64,000 bases of DNA from Octopus vulgaris (GCA_951406725.2 OX597818.1:94364001-94428000), one strand, 5' to 3'; shown: positions 38,076 to 50,883, counted from the first letter of the stretch. A program made the numbers and translations. The notes: a model not told the origin generated them from the sequence alone.

Positions 38076-40853
38076 TTAATTTGGGTGGTTTGACAGGCTC
38101 TGGGGAGCCACAGGGTTGTGCTAAGTTCTTGTGTCAACTTTGGCATGCTCTTCCTAATGCCAATCACTTTTCAGTGTGCATTGGGTGCTTTTTTTCATTT
38201 TTCATGTCACTGGCACTAGTGAGGATGCCAAGTAACTTGGCGAAACAGAAAAAAGAACAGGGAAAAGGAAAACGAAAAAGTTCCATCTTCTAAGTGTATG
38301 TGTAGGGTGGGGATTTGAAAGAGAGGGTGGTTTCATGCCAGGTATTGAAAGGCTAATGTGTGATAGGACAAATACACATGTCTTATTTCTTTATTGCCGA
38401 CAAGGGCCTAAACATAGAGGGGATGAACAAGGACAGACAAATGGATTAAGTCGATTACATTGACCCCAGTGCGTAACTGGTACTTAATTTAACAAACCCA
38501 AAAGGATGAAAAGCAAAGTCGACCTCGGCGGAATTTGAACTCAGAATGTAACAACAGACGAAATACCGCTAAGCATTTTGCCCGGCGTGCTAACGTTTCT
38601 GCCAGCTCACTGCCTTATACACATGTCTTGCTATAGAGGAGATATATGGTTACCCTACATTATATAGGGAAGGATAGGGTAGCTGAGAAGGGGATAAAAA
38701 GAAGTAATGATGAAGTACCAGATATTAGGAAGTGGAGGCGCATGGCTCAGTGGTTAGGGTGTTGGATTCATGATTGTAAGATTGCAGTTTTGATTCCTGG
38801 GCCAGGCAATGCATTGTGTTCTTGAGCAAAACACTTCATATCACTTTTCTCCAATCCACTCAGCTGGCAAAAATGAGTAATTCTGTGACAGACCAGTGTT
38901 CCATTTAGGTAGGGAATATTTATACCATGGAAACCAGGAAACAGCCCTTATGAATTGGCTTGATTTGAGAAAGAAACTTTACTTTAGATACTAGGAACAG
39001 ACCTTTTTTGTAATACATTGTTAATTCTTACATGACATAATAGCAAAATGGGTGCAGTCAGTTGACTCTATCCTTCTTTATTATAGTTGCATCAGTGTCT
39101 TGATAAACCATTGTTATGATATAACTAACATTGGCAATATCAGGATGAAAGCAGGATTTGAATCAAAACTTAAAGGAATGTAACTAAATACTTCAAAATA
39201 TTTCATTTGATGTCTTGCCATCTATTATAGTATTGATTTATGAAAATGGCACAAGGCCACAAATTTTGGAGTATGTTAAAAAAAAAAATGAATTAATGAT
39301 TTATATGTAAATATTTTTCTTGCTCCTTATTATTGTTCTCTCTGACACATTTAACTGTTTCAAATTTTGGTACAAGGCCAGCAACTGGAGAAGGGTAGTC
39401 AATTATATCGACCCCAGGGTTCAACTAGGTTAGCAATTGGAGAAGAGTAGTCAATTACATCGACCCCAGTGTTCAACTAGTACTTATCCACCCCAAAAGA
39501 ATGAAAGGCAAAGTTGACCTCAGTGAAATTTGAACTCAGAACATAAAGAAATACCACTTAGCATTTTGTCTGATACAATAACGATTCTGCCAGCTTGCTA
39601 CTTTCCCTGACACATACTAAACATGTTTTTTTTTTATTTTTATGTATCTACACAAAACTGAATATATAGATTTCAGCTTCCTAGGAGAATTAAAATAATG
39701 ATTTTTAACATAGGAACAAAACCACAGATTAGGGAGAAATAGTCAATTATATTGACACCTATAGTTAACTAACATTTATTTTATTCAATGACATACATAT
39801 TTATTCTTAATATGTTCCAGCTGATTCAAATGTGAACATGTTAATTGCTGTTCTATTTCATCTTCAGAGAATAATATCTCTTTTCAGATAATTTGTCCAC
39901 ACAAAAAAAAAAAAAAGCAACTCACACTCAATGTATCGAGGTAAGAGGACTTTGAGGTATCACAGTGCTTTGACCTGATTGTGCCTCTTTAATTGAAATT
40001 ATCCTAGATCAATGAATCTAGACAAGAATTGTGGTTCTTGCTTATAGAATTCAACAAACAAATTATTTACTGATGCATGCTGATGTCTGCCAAACTGATA
40101 ATAATTCATCATGTGCACAAAGCAGGACATATTAAGTTACTATATTAATTTCAAACAATGATCAAAGAATGAATTAAATTACACTGTGCAACACAATTTT
40201 TGTCCTTGAGTAACAACTGTTATTTCCTATTTGCTTACCCCAAGAAAGTATGAAACATGGCAAACACTTCTTTCAAACTTTTATTCAAACATTTATTCAA
40301 AACCCAAAGAATTCCTCTCAACATGGCTAAAATGCTCCCCATTACTCCTGCTCATGATCAGAGATGCACATACTGTCAGCCACTAAAGGATATGCTCAAG
40401 TGGTTAAGATCAAGCAACTGTCAAGCAAATCTGAGCAAAATATTTGCTATTATGATATTTCTGCTCCAGCAACTCAGCATTGAATTTGTTTGAAATGTAA
40501 TTGAAAAAATAGGTCAGTTTCTGTGGGGATGAGCTGGAAGAAAAGGGTCATGATGTCAATGGTCAAGGGACTGACTTGAAGAGGAAGCACGAGAAGGGAA
40601 GTGTGGGGAGGACAGGACAGGGTCATCCTCTTTTGGCCGGCTGAGGTATTGCAAAAAGATGTCAGAGAAATCACTCTTAGGTTGGTGAGATAGGAGCTGC
40701 TTATACTGGGTGACGGGGTAGGGCAGGATCGCTGGAGTGACTACAACTAGACAGGTGCAGATAATAGAGGAAGGTAGGTGAACCTCTTTTCATTTCCCAT
40801 GCACAACAAGCTGTTTCAGCCATTGTATACAGATATCTTTGTCCTCTTGATAT

Positions 40854-41597
40854 ATGGTGGCAGCGAAGATAAGGATTGGCGGTGATGTCATCAGATCTTT
40901 CTATGGTGAAGGTGACATAGTAGCCTGGATTCGAAAGGTCAAAGTTATGGCCAAGCTACAAGGCATCGAAGATATAGCGAGCCTCATGGCCCTGTATTTG
41001 GAGAGGAGTGCACTGGCACTGTACCTCAAAATGGATGAAGAACAACTAAGCACAGCGAAGATCAAGCAGTGCTTGAGAGAGGCTTACATAGATGGAGAGT
41101 ACACCACTTTTGCTAAATTGGGAACAATCAGATAGAGAGGGGAACAGGTCGACGAATACACTGTGGAGGTACGGAGGTTGGTTGTATTCTCTGGTCTTTC
41201 TGGTGAGGGACTTGAAAAAGTAGCATGACTGGCTTTTGTGAATGGCTTTCCCGATGACGTGTCAGCGTGGCTACAACAGTTAGCAGGTGGCAACAAAATG
41301 GCAATGAATGAGCTCATTGTTCAAGCCTGTGTGTTGACACAAAATACCAGGCAGAAGGCAGTGATGATGGCGGCTGCAGAAGCCTGTGAATCTGTGCAAC
41401 AGGCGGTGGAGGATGAAAAGAGGCCTGCCGTGGAACGACAGCAGCCATTCACAGGCTGGTATTTTAAGTGCCAAGGACCATGCATGGCAAGGGACTGCAC
41501 CGAGCCTGGACCGGTCTGCCACCAGCGCAAACAGACTGGGCATATCACCAAAAAGTGTAGCCAGGGAAAAGGCCATGAGTTAGTTGTTGCCTTTTAA
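40854..41597 (+). pseudogene. gag: Gypsy gag (stops and frameshift)
   Basis: FYGEGDIVAWIRKVK...LALYL...GFPDDVS...decayed zinc knuckles; colinear with the gag at 28789. Confidence 0.85.
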
Positions 41598-44300
41598 ACT
41601 TCCCCCATTGGTGAAGTCACTGCCCATAATTGAGGTCCTGGTCGGAGGAAACATGTTCAAGGCCTTCATGGACATGAGCTGCATGACGACTCTCATGACC
41701 CCAAGGATTACAAAGAAATGGAATGGGACGAGTCACGTCTGGGCAGTCGACGGCAGTGAAATTGAATGCAAGGGTAGCAGTGATGTCAATATAGCAGTGC
41801 GAGGTACAACGCTAAGGCTTCGGGCAATGATGATCGACCACATGGTAGACAGGATCGATGTTGTAATGGAGATGGACACAATCAATCGCCTTAGAGGTGT
41901 CAGTGTTGGAGGAGATGTGGTTTTGTTTGGTGCTGTGGAGGCATCGTGTACCGTGAGTCAGGAATGTGAGTGGGAGCAGAGTCCTGCGAGGAGCTGCACT
42001 GCCTATGCCATTGAAGACAAGGATTTTCGGGTGGTGTTCAATGGTCCGCGATGGATAATAGAGTGGTGCTGGAAAACAGGGCCCCTGATGCTGAAGAACA
42101 AGGTGAGCTGCTACCAGCATACCCTGAAAGGGCATACCATGAGCGAATTTGAAGAAGAGGTGGAGAAGTGGATTAAGGAAGGTGTACTATCCTGTGGAAG
42201 GAGGTAGTAGTAAGCAGAGTGCTACCTTTAATGGCAGCAGTGCAACCAACAAAGGGCAAAGTTTGACTGGTACTGAACTTTCGAGAGATGAACGGCCATG
42301 TATTGAACCACACTGGTGGCGAGGTGACCAACATCTGCGATTAGACACTGCCTGTATGGAAGCACTCGACTAAGGTGGTGACAATCGTTGACTTGAAGTC
42401 AGCATATTTGCAGCTCCATGTGAATGACAGACTGTGACAGTACCAACTGGCACAATGCAAGGGTCGGATATATTGTCTGACAAGGCTGGGTTTGGGGCTG
42501 AATTCTGCACTGAAGATCATGGTGACAGTGATCAAATCCATCCTGGGAAAGGTGGATTGGATAAGAAGTACCTCCAGTTCCTACATAAATGACATCCTAG
42601 TGGACGAGACAGTGGTGTCTGCCACAGAAGTTGTGAGACATTTGAAGAAATTCAGGCTGATTAAAAAACCACAGGAACCAATTGCTGGAGGAGCTGCACT
42701 GGGGCTTAAGCTTCAGAGAAACAGAACAGGTGAGTCAGTGTTTCATAGGGGGAATGAGGTCCTGGATCTGGGTACCAATGTCAACAGGTAAGAACTGTTC
42801 TCAATGTGTGGAAAGTTAGTAGGTCACTACCCAATCACAGGGTGCTTGCATACGGCATACACCAAGAGATGAATAGAAGGGGAGAACTGGAGAGACATGG
42901 CTGGAGAAGGGATGGTGGTGATGATGCAGGAAATCCTGGAGGGGATGAGAGCAGAAGACCCAGTCAGAGGGAACTGGCATCTACCCAAATCAGATAGTGG
43001 CACTATATGGTGTGATGCTAGCAGCATTGCGATAGGAATCGTGTTGGAAATCGGAGGTACCGAAGTGGGGGATGCCACCTGGCTTCAAAAAGCAGATAAC
43101 TACAACATCAAATTTTACTGAGTTGGACACAGTGCAGAAGGGAGTGAATTTGACCCTGAAATGATTGGCTGGGTAGGATTGGTGATCACTGATGAGAAAA
43201 GGGTGTGAACCAAAGGGGCTGTGGAAATGCTAGTGAAGCACCGCCTAGAGATTATAGGGGAGCTGATTGGTGAGTTCAGCCTGAAGCTGAATGTGGTCGT
43301 TGTGCCTTCAGAGAGAAACAAGGCGAATGCTCTAACAGTGTAAAAATGGCCTGGTTAGGGGAGCTGGAAGAGTCAAAGCTAGGGGTAGTCATGGTGTGTC
43401 AGTTAAATGACTCCGAGCTAAGGAGGTTGCATACCATGCATCATGGGTGTGGATAGACCCTGTATCTCGCCAGGAGGATTGATACCAATGTTACTAGATG
43501 GAGCATCCAGAAGGTGATTGGGAACTGCAACAGGTGTCAATCCATCGACCCTGCACTGGGTGTGCATGAGCAGGGAAACGTTTCAGTAGAGCACAACTGG
43601 AGACGATTAGTGGTGGATGTAACAAACTACCAGCAGGGGACGTATCTTTCAATGGTCAATTGTGGGCCAGGCCAGATGGTCATTTGGAGGGAATTGAGGA
43701 TAGGCACTGCAGACGAGATGGTACGTATTCTAAATGAGATATTCTTTGAGTGGGGCCCAGTGGATGAATTGCTGATGGACAACAGCACAGCATTTCTTTC
43801 GGAGGATCTGAAGATGCTCAACAGGTGGAAAGTGCACTGCTTTTTCAGAGTGGCATACAGGCCGAGAGGAAATGGGATTGTGGAGAGACATCATCAAACA
43901 ATCAAGGCCATGGTGGAGAGGGAACATGTCTCACTGCCAGAAGTGGTGTTCTGGTACATGTCGCTCTGATCAAGACTGGCTGAAGAGTCCATGCTACATA
44001 GAGCGATATTCAAATATGAATGGTGGCATCCGAGTAAACCATCGAGATGACCTGCAAAAGAAAGAGGGCCCGACTTCATGGAGGTGGGAGATGAAGTCTG
44101 GGTCAAGCAACTCAATGGAACAGAGAAATAGTAATGGCTGTCAATTCCAAAAGCATTTCTGTGTATGGAATGCTGCGTCATGTCTTGGATGTTTGTAGGA
44201 TTGTTGCTTCATCAGATGATAACTGTGGATAAGAGAAAGAGAATGAGGTTCCCAGTTTAAGAAGATCACAATGTGCAAGGCCTCCACCAAGGTGGGTGGT
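41584..44300 (+). pseudogene. pol: Gypsy pol (PR, RT, RNase H, integrase), disrupted
   Basis: AFMDMSC (PR); VDLKSAYLQL, TRLGLGLNSALKIM and YINDILV (RT); WCDASSIAIG (RNase H); CNRCQSID, VDVT, MDNSTAF and GNGIVERHH (integrase). Confidence 0.9.
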
Positions 44301-44925
44301 AGATTTTGACATGGAGTGAAGCGAGGTTATCTTTGAGATCAGTGGGGCATGTGGTGATGAGCTGGAAGAAGAGAGCCAAGGGACTGACCAGAAGAGGAAG
44401 CGTGAGAAGAGAAGTGCGGGGCGGGGGGCAGGACATGGTCGTCCTCTTTTGGCCAGCTGAAGATTGCGAATAGATGTCAGGGAATTTGCTTTTGGGTTGG
44501 TGAGATAGCAGCTGCTTATACTGGATGATGGGGCAGGGCAGGGCAGGATCGCTGAAGTGACTACTACTAGATGGGTGCAGACAAGAGAGGAAGGTAGGTG
44601 AACCTCTTTTCATTTCCCACACACAACAGTTTCAAAACATTGATGTTCGGGTCACAAAAGCAAAGTTTGAAAGGAATAGTAGTTATTTTTTAGATTTCTA
44701 GAGAGAAGCAAATAAGAAATAATGCTTACTGACCAAAAGCAATTAAAAGAAGATTTTGTTACCTAGTGTTATGAACTATATGTGAAATTTGTACTTTTCT
44801 GCTTCTTAGTCTCTATACACTAAGTTAAATTAAGAATTGATAATATTGTACGATTGAAAGAAACGGGTTTGATGGTAGAATTAGTAGCATGTTGAAAGTC
44901 AAGTGTTTTGTAGTACTTTGTAATG

Positions 44926-44971
<46 letters not shown>

Positions 44972-44974
<3 letters not shown>

Positions 44975-45480
44975 TGAAATAGAAAGATGAATAATCTTGT
45001 TGCAGATTAATCAAAAGTTTAACCGATACCTTGGTAGCAAAAATCACAGCAGAAGACAGCACGGTTGGAGGTACAACCATATGGTGTTGCAACCGTGCGT
45101 TGGTGCGGATAATTGAATTTTAATATTATTAGTGAATTGAAGAAATGGAGTTGAACGAAGATTGAACAGAAATCGTTTTATTGCATTCTACACGTGTTTC
45201 GGAAGGCACAATTTACCAAATTCCGATTGAATAATGAGACCATATTGTGTCTTTCTCTTCAGGAAGAAATAGGAAATCCGTTGGAAAAAACAAAAACAGA
45301 ACAGAGGCGGAGCAAAACAAATCGAACGAGGCTCCTAAGAGCCCATGGCCAAGAGTTTGGCCATGGGCTCTTAGGAGCCTCGTTCGATTTGTTTTGCTCC
45401 GCCTCTGTTCTGTTTTTGTTTTTTCCAACGGATTTCTGTTCAATCTTCGTTCAACTCCATTTCTTCAATTCACTAATAAT
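44972..45480. mobile_element. PLE-type tail-out palindrome in (TA)n
   Basis: Centre gagt at 45353-45356; the arms are identical except for a 104-nt segment present only in the left arm; one-sided extension to 44972; (TA)n on both sides. Confidence 0.85.
45186..45265 (-). ncRNA. type I hammerhead ribozyme
   Basis: uuc CUGAAGA gaaagacacaau...auugugccuucc GAAA cacgug UA gaa; canonical core, palindromic stem III, GUA triplet. Confidence 0.8.
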
Positions 45481-45493
45481 ATATATATATATA

Positions 45494-46049
45494 TTGGGTT
45501 GTCCGGAAAGTTTGTGTCAATTTATAGTAGCTTACCTTTTGATTTACTTTAGAATATAGTTGAGTCCATAAAATATGATTTGACTACATCTCCATTTAGA
45601 GCACAGTTTTAGCTATCTTTTCGTGGAAGAAGGTTTATGTTCCTATAACCTGTGTTAATTCTGTAACCCCTTAAAATGGAAGATAAGAAAATTCATTTTC
45701 AGCACTTGATGCTTTGGGAACCAGCCAAAAATTGCTGAAACTCAGCTGGGATGTGGTACCTCCATATTCACCAGATATTGCTCCTTCAGATTTCCACTTA
45801 TTCAGGTTTCTGCAGAATAGTCTTAATGGTAAAAATTTCAATTCCTTGGATGACGTAAATAGATACCTTGATGAATTCTTTTCCATGAAACCACCTCAAT
45901 TCTGGGAAGAGGGTATTTTCAAGTTAAAGGCAAGATGGAGACGTGTTGTGCAACAAAATGGTTCATATTTAGTTGATTAGAAATGTAATGGCAATTATTT
46001 AATGACCTTTTTCTTTCCTTTAAAAATCAGCATGAACTTTCCGGACAAC

Positions 46050-46053
<4 letters not shown>
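45494..46053 (+). mobile_element. mariner transposon, internally deleted
   Basis: TIRs ttgggttgtccggaaagtt / aactttccggacaacccaa in a TA context; MEDKKIHF N-terminus fused to PPYSPDIAPSDFHLF...RWRRVVQQNGSY. Confidence 0.92.
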
Positions 46054-46085
<32 letters not shown>

Positions 46086-46087
<2 letters not shown>

Positions 46088-46420
46088 AGAGTTACAGAAT
46101 GGATTGGATAAGAACCACGCTATATATGTTGCATAACAAGTGGAACTTCAGAAGTGGTGAATATCCAAGTGAGGTGTATACTGCAGGCTACTCTTCAGGC
46201 TAACGATACCTTGATTAAATGAAAGTTTACATTGTCATAAGGAGATACATGAATCTTCCATGCATTAACATGTACCTTCTTGCCACAATGTAAACTTTCA
46301 TTTAATCAAGATATCCTTGGCCTGAAGAGTAGCCTGTGGTATAAACCTTGCTTGGATATTTACCACTTGCTATGAAACGTTTGTAGCCCGGATCTTATCT
46401 ACTCCATTCCTTAACTCTTG
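46086..46420. mobile_element. older PLE-type palindrome with hammerhead (46319-46388, + strand)
   Basis: Diverged arms of about 160 bp. The right arm reads ggc CTGAAGA gtagc...gctat GAAA cgtttg TA gcc; the left arm holds the more decayed inverted copy. Confidence 0.75.
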
Positions 46421-46628
46421 CATTCTTATTTGCACTCCCAGCAACCCAAGCTATCTACTGTGAAATATAAATGGAACTTTTTTTCAGTTTATCATACTTC
46501 GATACGAAAATATCCACAACTTTCCATCTCAATAAACTGATATTGTCCCCAAAAGTTATTTTTTATATTTACTATGGATTTCTTAAAGCTAACTTTCTTC
46601 CTCTACCTCAATCCCTAGATCTAACATT

Positions 46629-46670
<42 letters not shown>

Positions 46671-46674
<4 letters not shown>

Positions 46675-46918
46675 GGTCCCGGGTTGAGTCGGGGTTAACC
46701 ACAGTAAATAAGGTACTCAATACACAGCAGAGTAAATTAATTTATTTTATAGAAGGAGCTTCTACAGGACTAGAACTGTTTCATTCAAAAGAAATCATCA
46801 GGAAGCTTGGTGACAAGAATAGACAAGAATATAAATGCCAAAACTATTTTTGTCACCAAGCTTCCTGATGATTTCTTTTGAATGAAAGTTCTAGTCCTGT
46901 AGAAGCTCCTTCTATAAA

Positions 46919-46924
<6 letters not shown>
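46671..46924. mobile_element. PLE-type tail-out palindrome in (TA)n
   Basis: Arms 46740-46816 and 46850-46924 are identical except for a 2-nt deletion; one-sided extension; (TA)n on both sides. Confidence 0.85.
46757..46807 (-). ncRNA. type I hammerhead ribozyme
   Basis: AGCUUC CUGAUGA uuucuuuugaau GAA ACAG uucuaguc CUGU A GAAGCU: 6-bp stem I, 4-bp stem III, GUA triplet, weak stem II. The mirror copy at 46859-46907(+) lacks CA in stem III. Confidence 0.8.
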
Positions 46925-46968
<44 letters not shown>

Positions 46969-49900
46969 TGTTAGGAAGGGCATCCAGCTGTAGAAACACT
47001 GCCAGATCAGACGGAGCCTGGTGCGGCCTCCTGGCTTCCCAGACCCCAGTCAAACCGTCCAACCCATGCTACCATGGAAAGTGGACGTTAAACGATGATG
47101 ATGATGATATACATATATATATATATATCTTCTACTCACAGTACTTTGCCATGCAATCACCTACATCTTGCTATACCTCCTTCCTCTGTCCTCCTAAATT
47201 ATGATGCTCAAGTAGGATTAAATCACATTCTTACCCACCTCACTAATTTTTCTGACATTATGCTCTCTTGGACAAATCCCCTTGAGGATAAGCTTTGGTG
47301 TATTTTATCCCTTAGTGGGATTTGAACTCAGAATAACTAAAAAAAACACAAATAACTTTGTCTGCTTCTTTTACTAATTCTGCCACTCCACCACCCTGTG
47401 TTGCCTCATGGTTAAGATTAATAACATGGTTAAATATGATTAATGCGATGATATTCCTTAAATGCTTTTAGCTACTAACTTTACAGCACTTTTCTTCCTT
47501 TGATAATCTATATATTTTTGTATTTTATCTATTTCCTAGACCAAGCACTATTTACTGTCACCTACAGTGTTATATTGTGATGTATCTGATGATTGGTTCA
47601 TGACTGACTCACTTGCTGGTTTCCAATTATTTCACTTTATTTGAACTATTGTCTTATCGCATCTGCATGCATTATCTTTCCTTGGGTAATCTGTTCTATT
47701 TGCTTATTTGGTGCTTGTCGCTGTGAGCTACATTAAATATTAATTCCTTTTGGAGACACAAGACTAATTTTTACAAAGATATAGTTGATTAAATCAACCA
47801 CAGTATAAAGCTGGCATTCATTTTATTGACTCCCCATTCAAAGAAGGTGGAAGATAAAACTGATCCCAGAAGGGTAGGAGTAAATAATCTAGGATATTCA
47901 TTATGACATTCTTCTAGTTTCTGAAAACATCTATTGGTCGAGTATAACAGGGAAGACATCAAATACACACTACCCTTCTTCATGTCATATAAAGAAGGGT
48001 TTTGTACTCAATGACAAAATTCATTTGATGAGCACAGAATACTCATCTTTTTGACAAAACATGTTGAACTTAAAAAAATTATTTTTATCAGAAGAAAATG
48101 ACTTATCATTTTTTCCAAATGTGTTAAATATTAAACAGGCTTAGGTGGTGAGCTGGCAGAAATATTAGCACGCCGAGCGAAATGCTTAGCGGTATTTCGT
48201 CTGCTGCTATGTTCTGAGTTCAAATTCCGCCAAGGTCGACTTTGCCTTTCATCCTTTTGGGGGTCAATTAAATAAGTACCAGTTACGCACTGGGGTTGAT
48301 ATAATCAACTTAATCTGTTTGTCTGTTTGTCCTCTCTGTGTTTGGCCCCTTGTGGGTAGTAAAGAAATAGGTATTTCATCTATCTTTACTTTCTGAGTTC
48401 AAATTCCACCAAGGTTGACTTTGCCTTTCATCATTTCGGGGTCGATACATTAAGTACCAGTTGTGTACTGGTGTCGATCTAATCAACTGGCCCCTGCCCC
48501 AAAAGTCTTGGGCTTTGTGCCTAGAGTAGAAAAGAATATTTTTTATAAGATTCCACTACTCAATGCAACAGTTAATGTACTTTGTTCACTGTGCCAGTGT
48601 GTTCAAATCCAGCCATTTGCACCCTTCTCTAAAATAAAAATAAAGATGTGCAATGTTTTAGGATTATTTGCTAAAGCTTTACAAACTTAATTGTACTAAT
48701 GAAGAATAATATGATGTTCACTCCTGTCAAAGACAACATATGAGTGTTCAGTTTTTGCCTAACGACCTGCACAAATGATTTTTTATAGTGATCAAATGTA
48801 TGTGTTGCACACTAGCTCACTCCCTCCATCAAATCAATATTGCCTGAGCAGGTGCACAGTGTACCATGCATCAGGTGTCAAAGTGATTGCAGACCAATGT
48901 GAGATGAAGTGTTTTGTTCTAGAACACAATGCACTACTCAGTCTAGGAATTGAAATTATGATTTTGTAATCATGACTGCAATACCCTAACCACTAGAATA
49001 TTATAGTGACATAAGGCAGTGAGCTGGCAGAATCGTTAGCATGCTGGGCGAAATGCTTTGCAGTATTTCGTCTGTCTTTATGTTCCAAGTTCAAATTCCG
49101 CCGAGATCGACTTTGGCTTTCATTTTCTTGGGGTCAATAAATTAAGTACCAGTTGTGTACTGGAGTCGATCTGATCGACTGCCCCCCCCTCCCCCAAAAT
49201 TTCAAGCCTTGTGCCTAGAGTAGAAAAGTATTTACCTGGCTTTTTAAGGTGGCGATCTAGCAGAAACATTAGCATGCTGGGTGAGATGCTTTGCAGTATT
49301 TCGTCTGTCTTAACATTCTGAGTTCAAATTTTGCCGAGATCAACTTTGCCTTTCGTCCTTTCAGGGCTGATAAATTAAGTACCAGTTGTGTACTGGGGTG
49401 GATCTGATCAACTGACCCCACTCCCTCAAAATTTCGGGTCTTGTGCCTAGAGTAGAAAAGAATATTATAGTGACATTATATCTTCAATTCTGTTCCCCAT
49501 TTCAGATTGTTTGCTTCTTAACATAAAGACAAAAATAAATGATAACAGTTCTCAAAGTAGAAAAGGTTGACAAGTGGATGATGAAGGATATAGTTGTCAA
49601 AGATCTTCTCTCTCAAGACTACCCCTCCTGCACTATGTATCTGGACTTTGCACTGCCACAAGAACCAACCCTTCAGAAAAAATACTGTTTTAAAACAAAT
49701 AATGTATTTCACATTTCTTTATAAGCTTCCAACAATCTTATTAGTTTCCAAAATAACCACAGAATTACCTCAGGTCCTGTTGTAAAAGATTGATTTAAAG
49801 TATACTATACAGTAAAAATGGCTCAGTATTCTTTTCTGAATCATTGAGGTTGAAGGATGGGTGTTGCGACTGAGTTGATTTATGAAGGATGAAGTACAGT

Positions 49901-50883
49901 AATGCAAGGTCAGGTAGAATATGGTTGTGTGCAAGGGGCTTAGTTCTTTTGCTGTTCTACACTTAAGGAGAAGTTTCATTTCTATTTAATTATTCATTCT
50001 TATAAAATCATAATACTTTGCAAGTAATTTATATAATTTGATATCTTAAATACTCAAATGCAAAATTTACCATTAATAATATTGGCATGTATTTGATTAT
50101 GGGCACTATGCAGAATAAATGTAAAATATTGAAGTAATTATGGTGGTGCATGAACCATGACCTACTGCTAGCTGCAACCTCGCCAAAATATGATGTGTCA
50201 ATGAGTTTGCTGGGTATCAGTAAGTTTACTGTGCATACTGAAGATGATAAGACAGGTGCTTTCCTACTGTTCTACATAACTAACCATCAAACCTCAGCCC
50301 TATTAGTGATACCATGAAACCATTCCTCCACATCACCATAAAGTAATTTCCATTTTAGTAATACTTCATCATTGTATAACTGAAACCTCAGCTGAAGTTG
50401 GTATGCAGTAGTTGTGAATCTGTTCATAACTTTAGTGGCAAATATTTTTGCCAGGAATTTTTACACCTTAAGAAAATTTAGGTTTCTTATTTTTGCTATA
50501 ATACAAAATGTTGCTATTGGTTTTTATCATCATATACATTTTTGATATAAAAAATTTCATCATGTGTTTTTGCATCATCATCATTACCGTTTCATATCAA
50601 TCTTCTGTGCAGACACGGGTCAGACCATCTGGCAAAATCCATTGGGTTGGAGGATCAAGTCTTTCTCTAGCATCTTGATTTTGACATAGTTTCTATGGCA
50701 GGATGCCTTTCCAAATACCCATCATTTTACAGAGTGTTATGAGAACTATTTTTTTTTTTTTGCAGCACCAGCATTAGTAATTCACAAGACTAAAGAGTCC
50801 CCTCAACTCAGGGGGTATATAAAGTATTGAGAGGTTAAAATATGATAGAAGAAACAGGAACAGGTTTGTTGTTGTAGAGAAGA

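Larger units (their letters stand above)
40522..44628 (+). mobile_element. full-length decayed Ty3/Gypsy LTR retrotransposon (4.1 kb)
   Basis: LTRs 40522-40808 and 44350-44628 (TG...CA, roughly 85% identical by eye), perfect 5-bp TSD GTTTC (40517-40521, 44629-44633), purine-rich tract before the 3' LTR; domain order gag-PR-RT-RH-IN. Confidence 0.95.

Noticed and set aside
49539-49724. Short unique-sequence ORFs (49539-49724, 55334-55633, and minus-strand exon-like 17630-17722)
   Set aside because: No recognisable domain, and no consistent multi-exon reading frame could be built.
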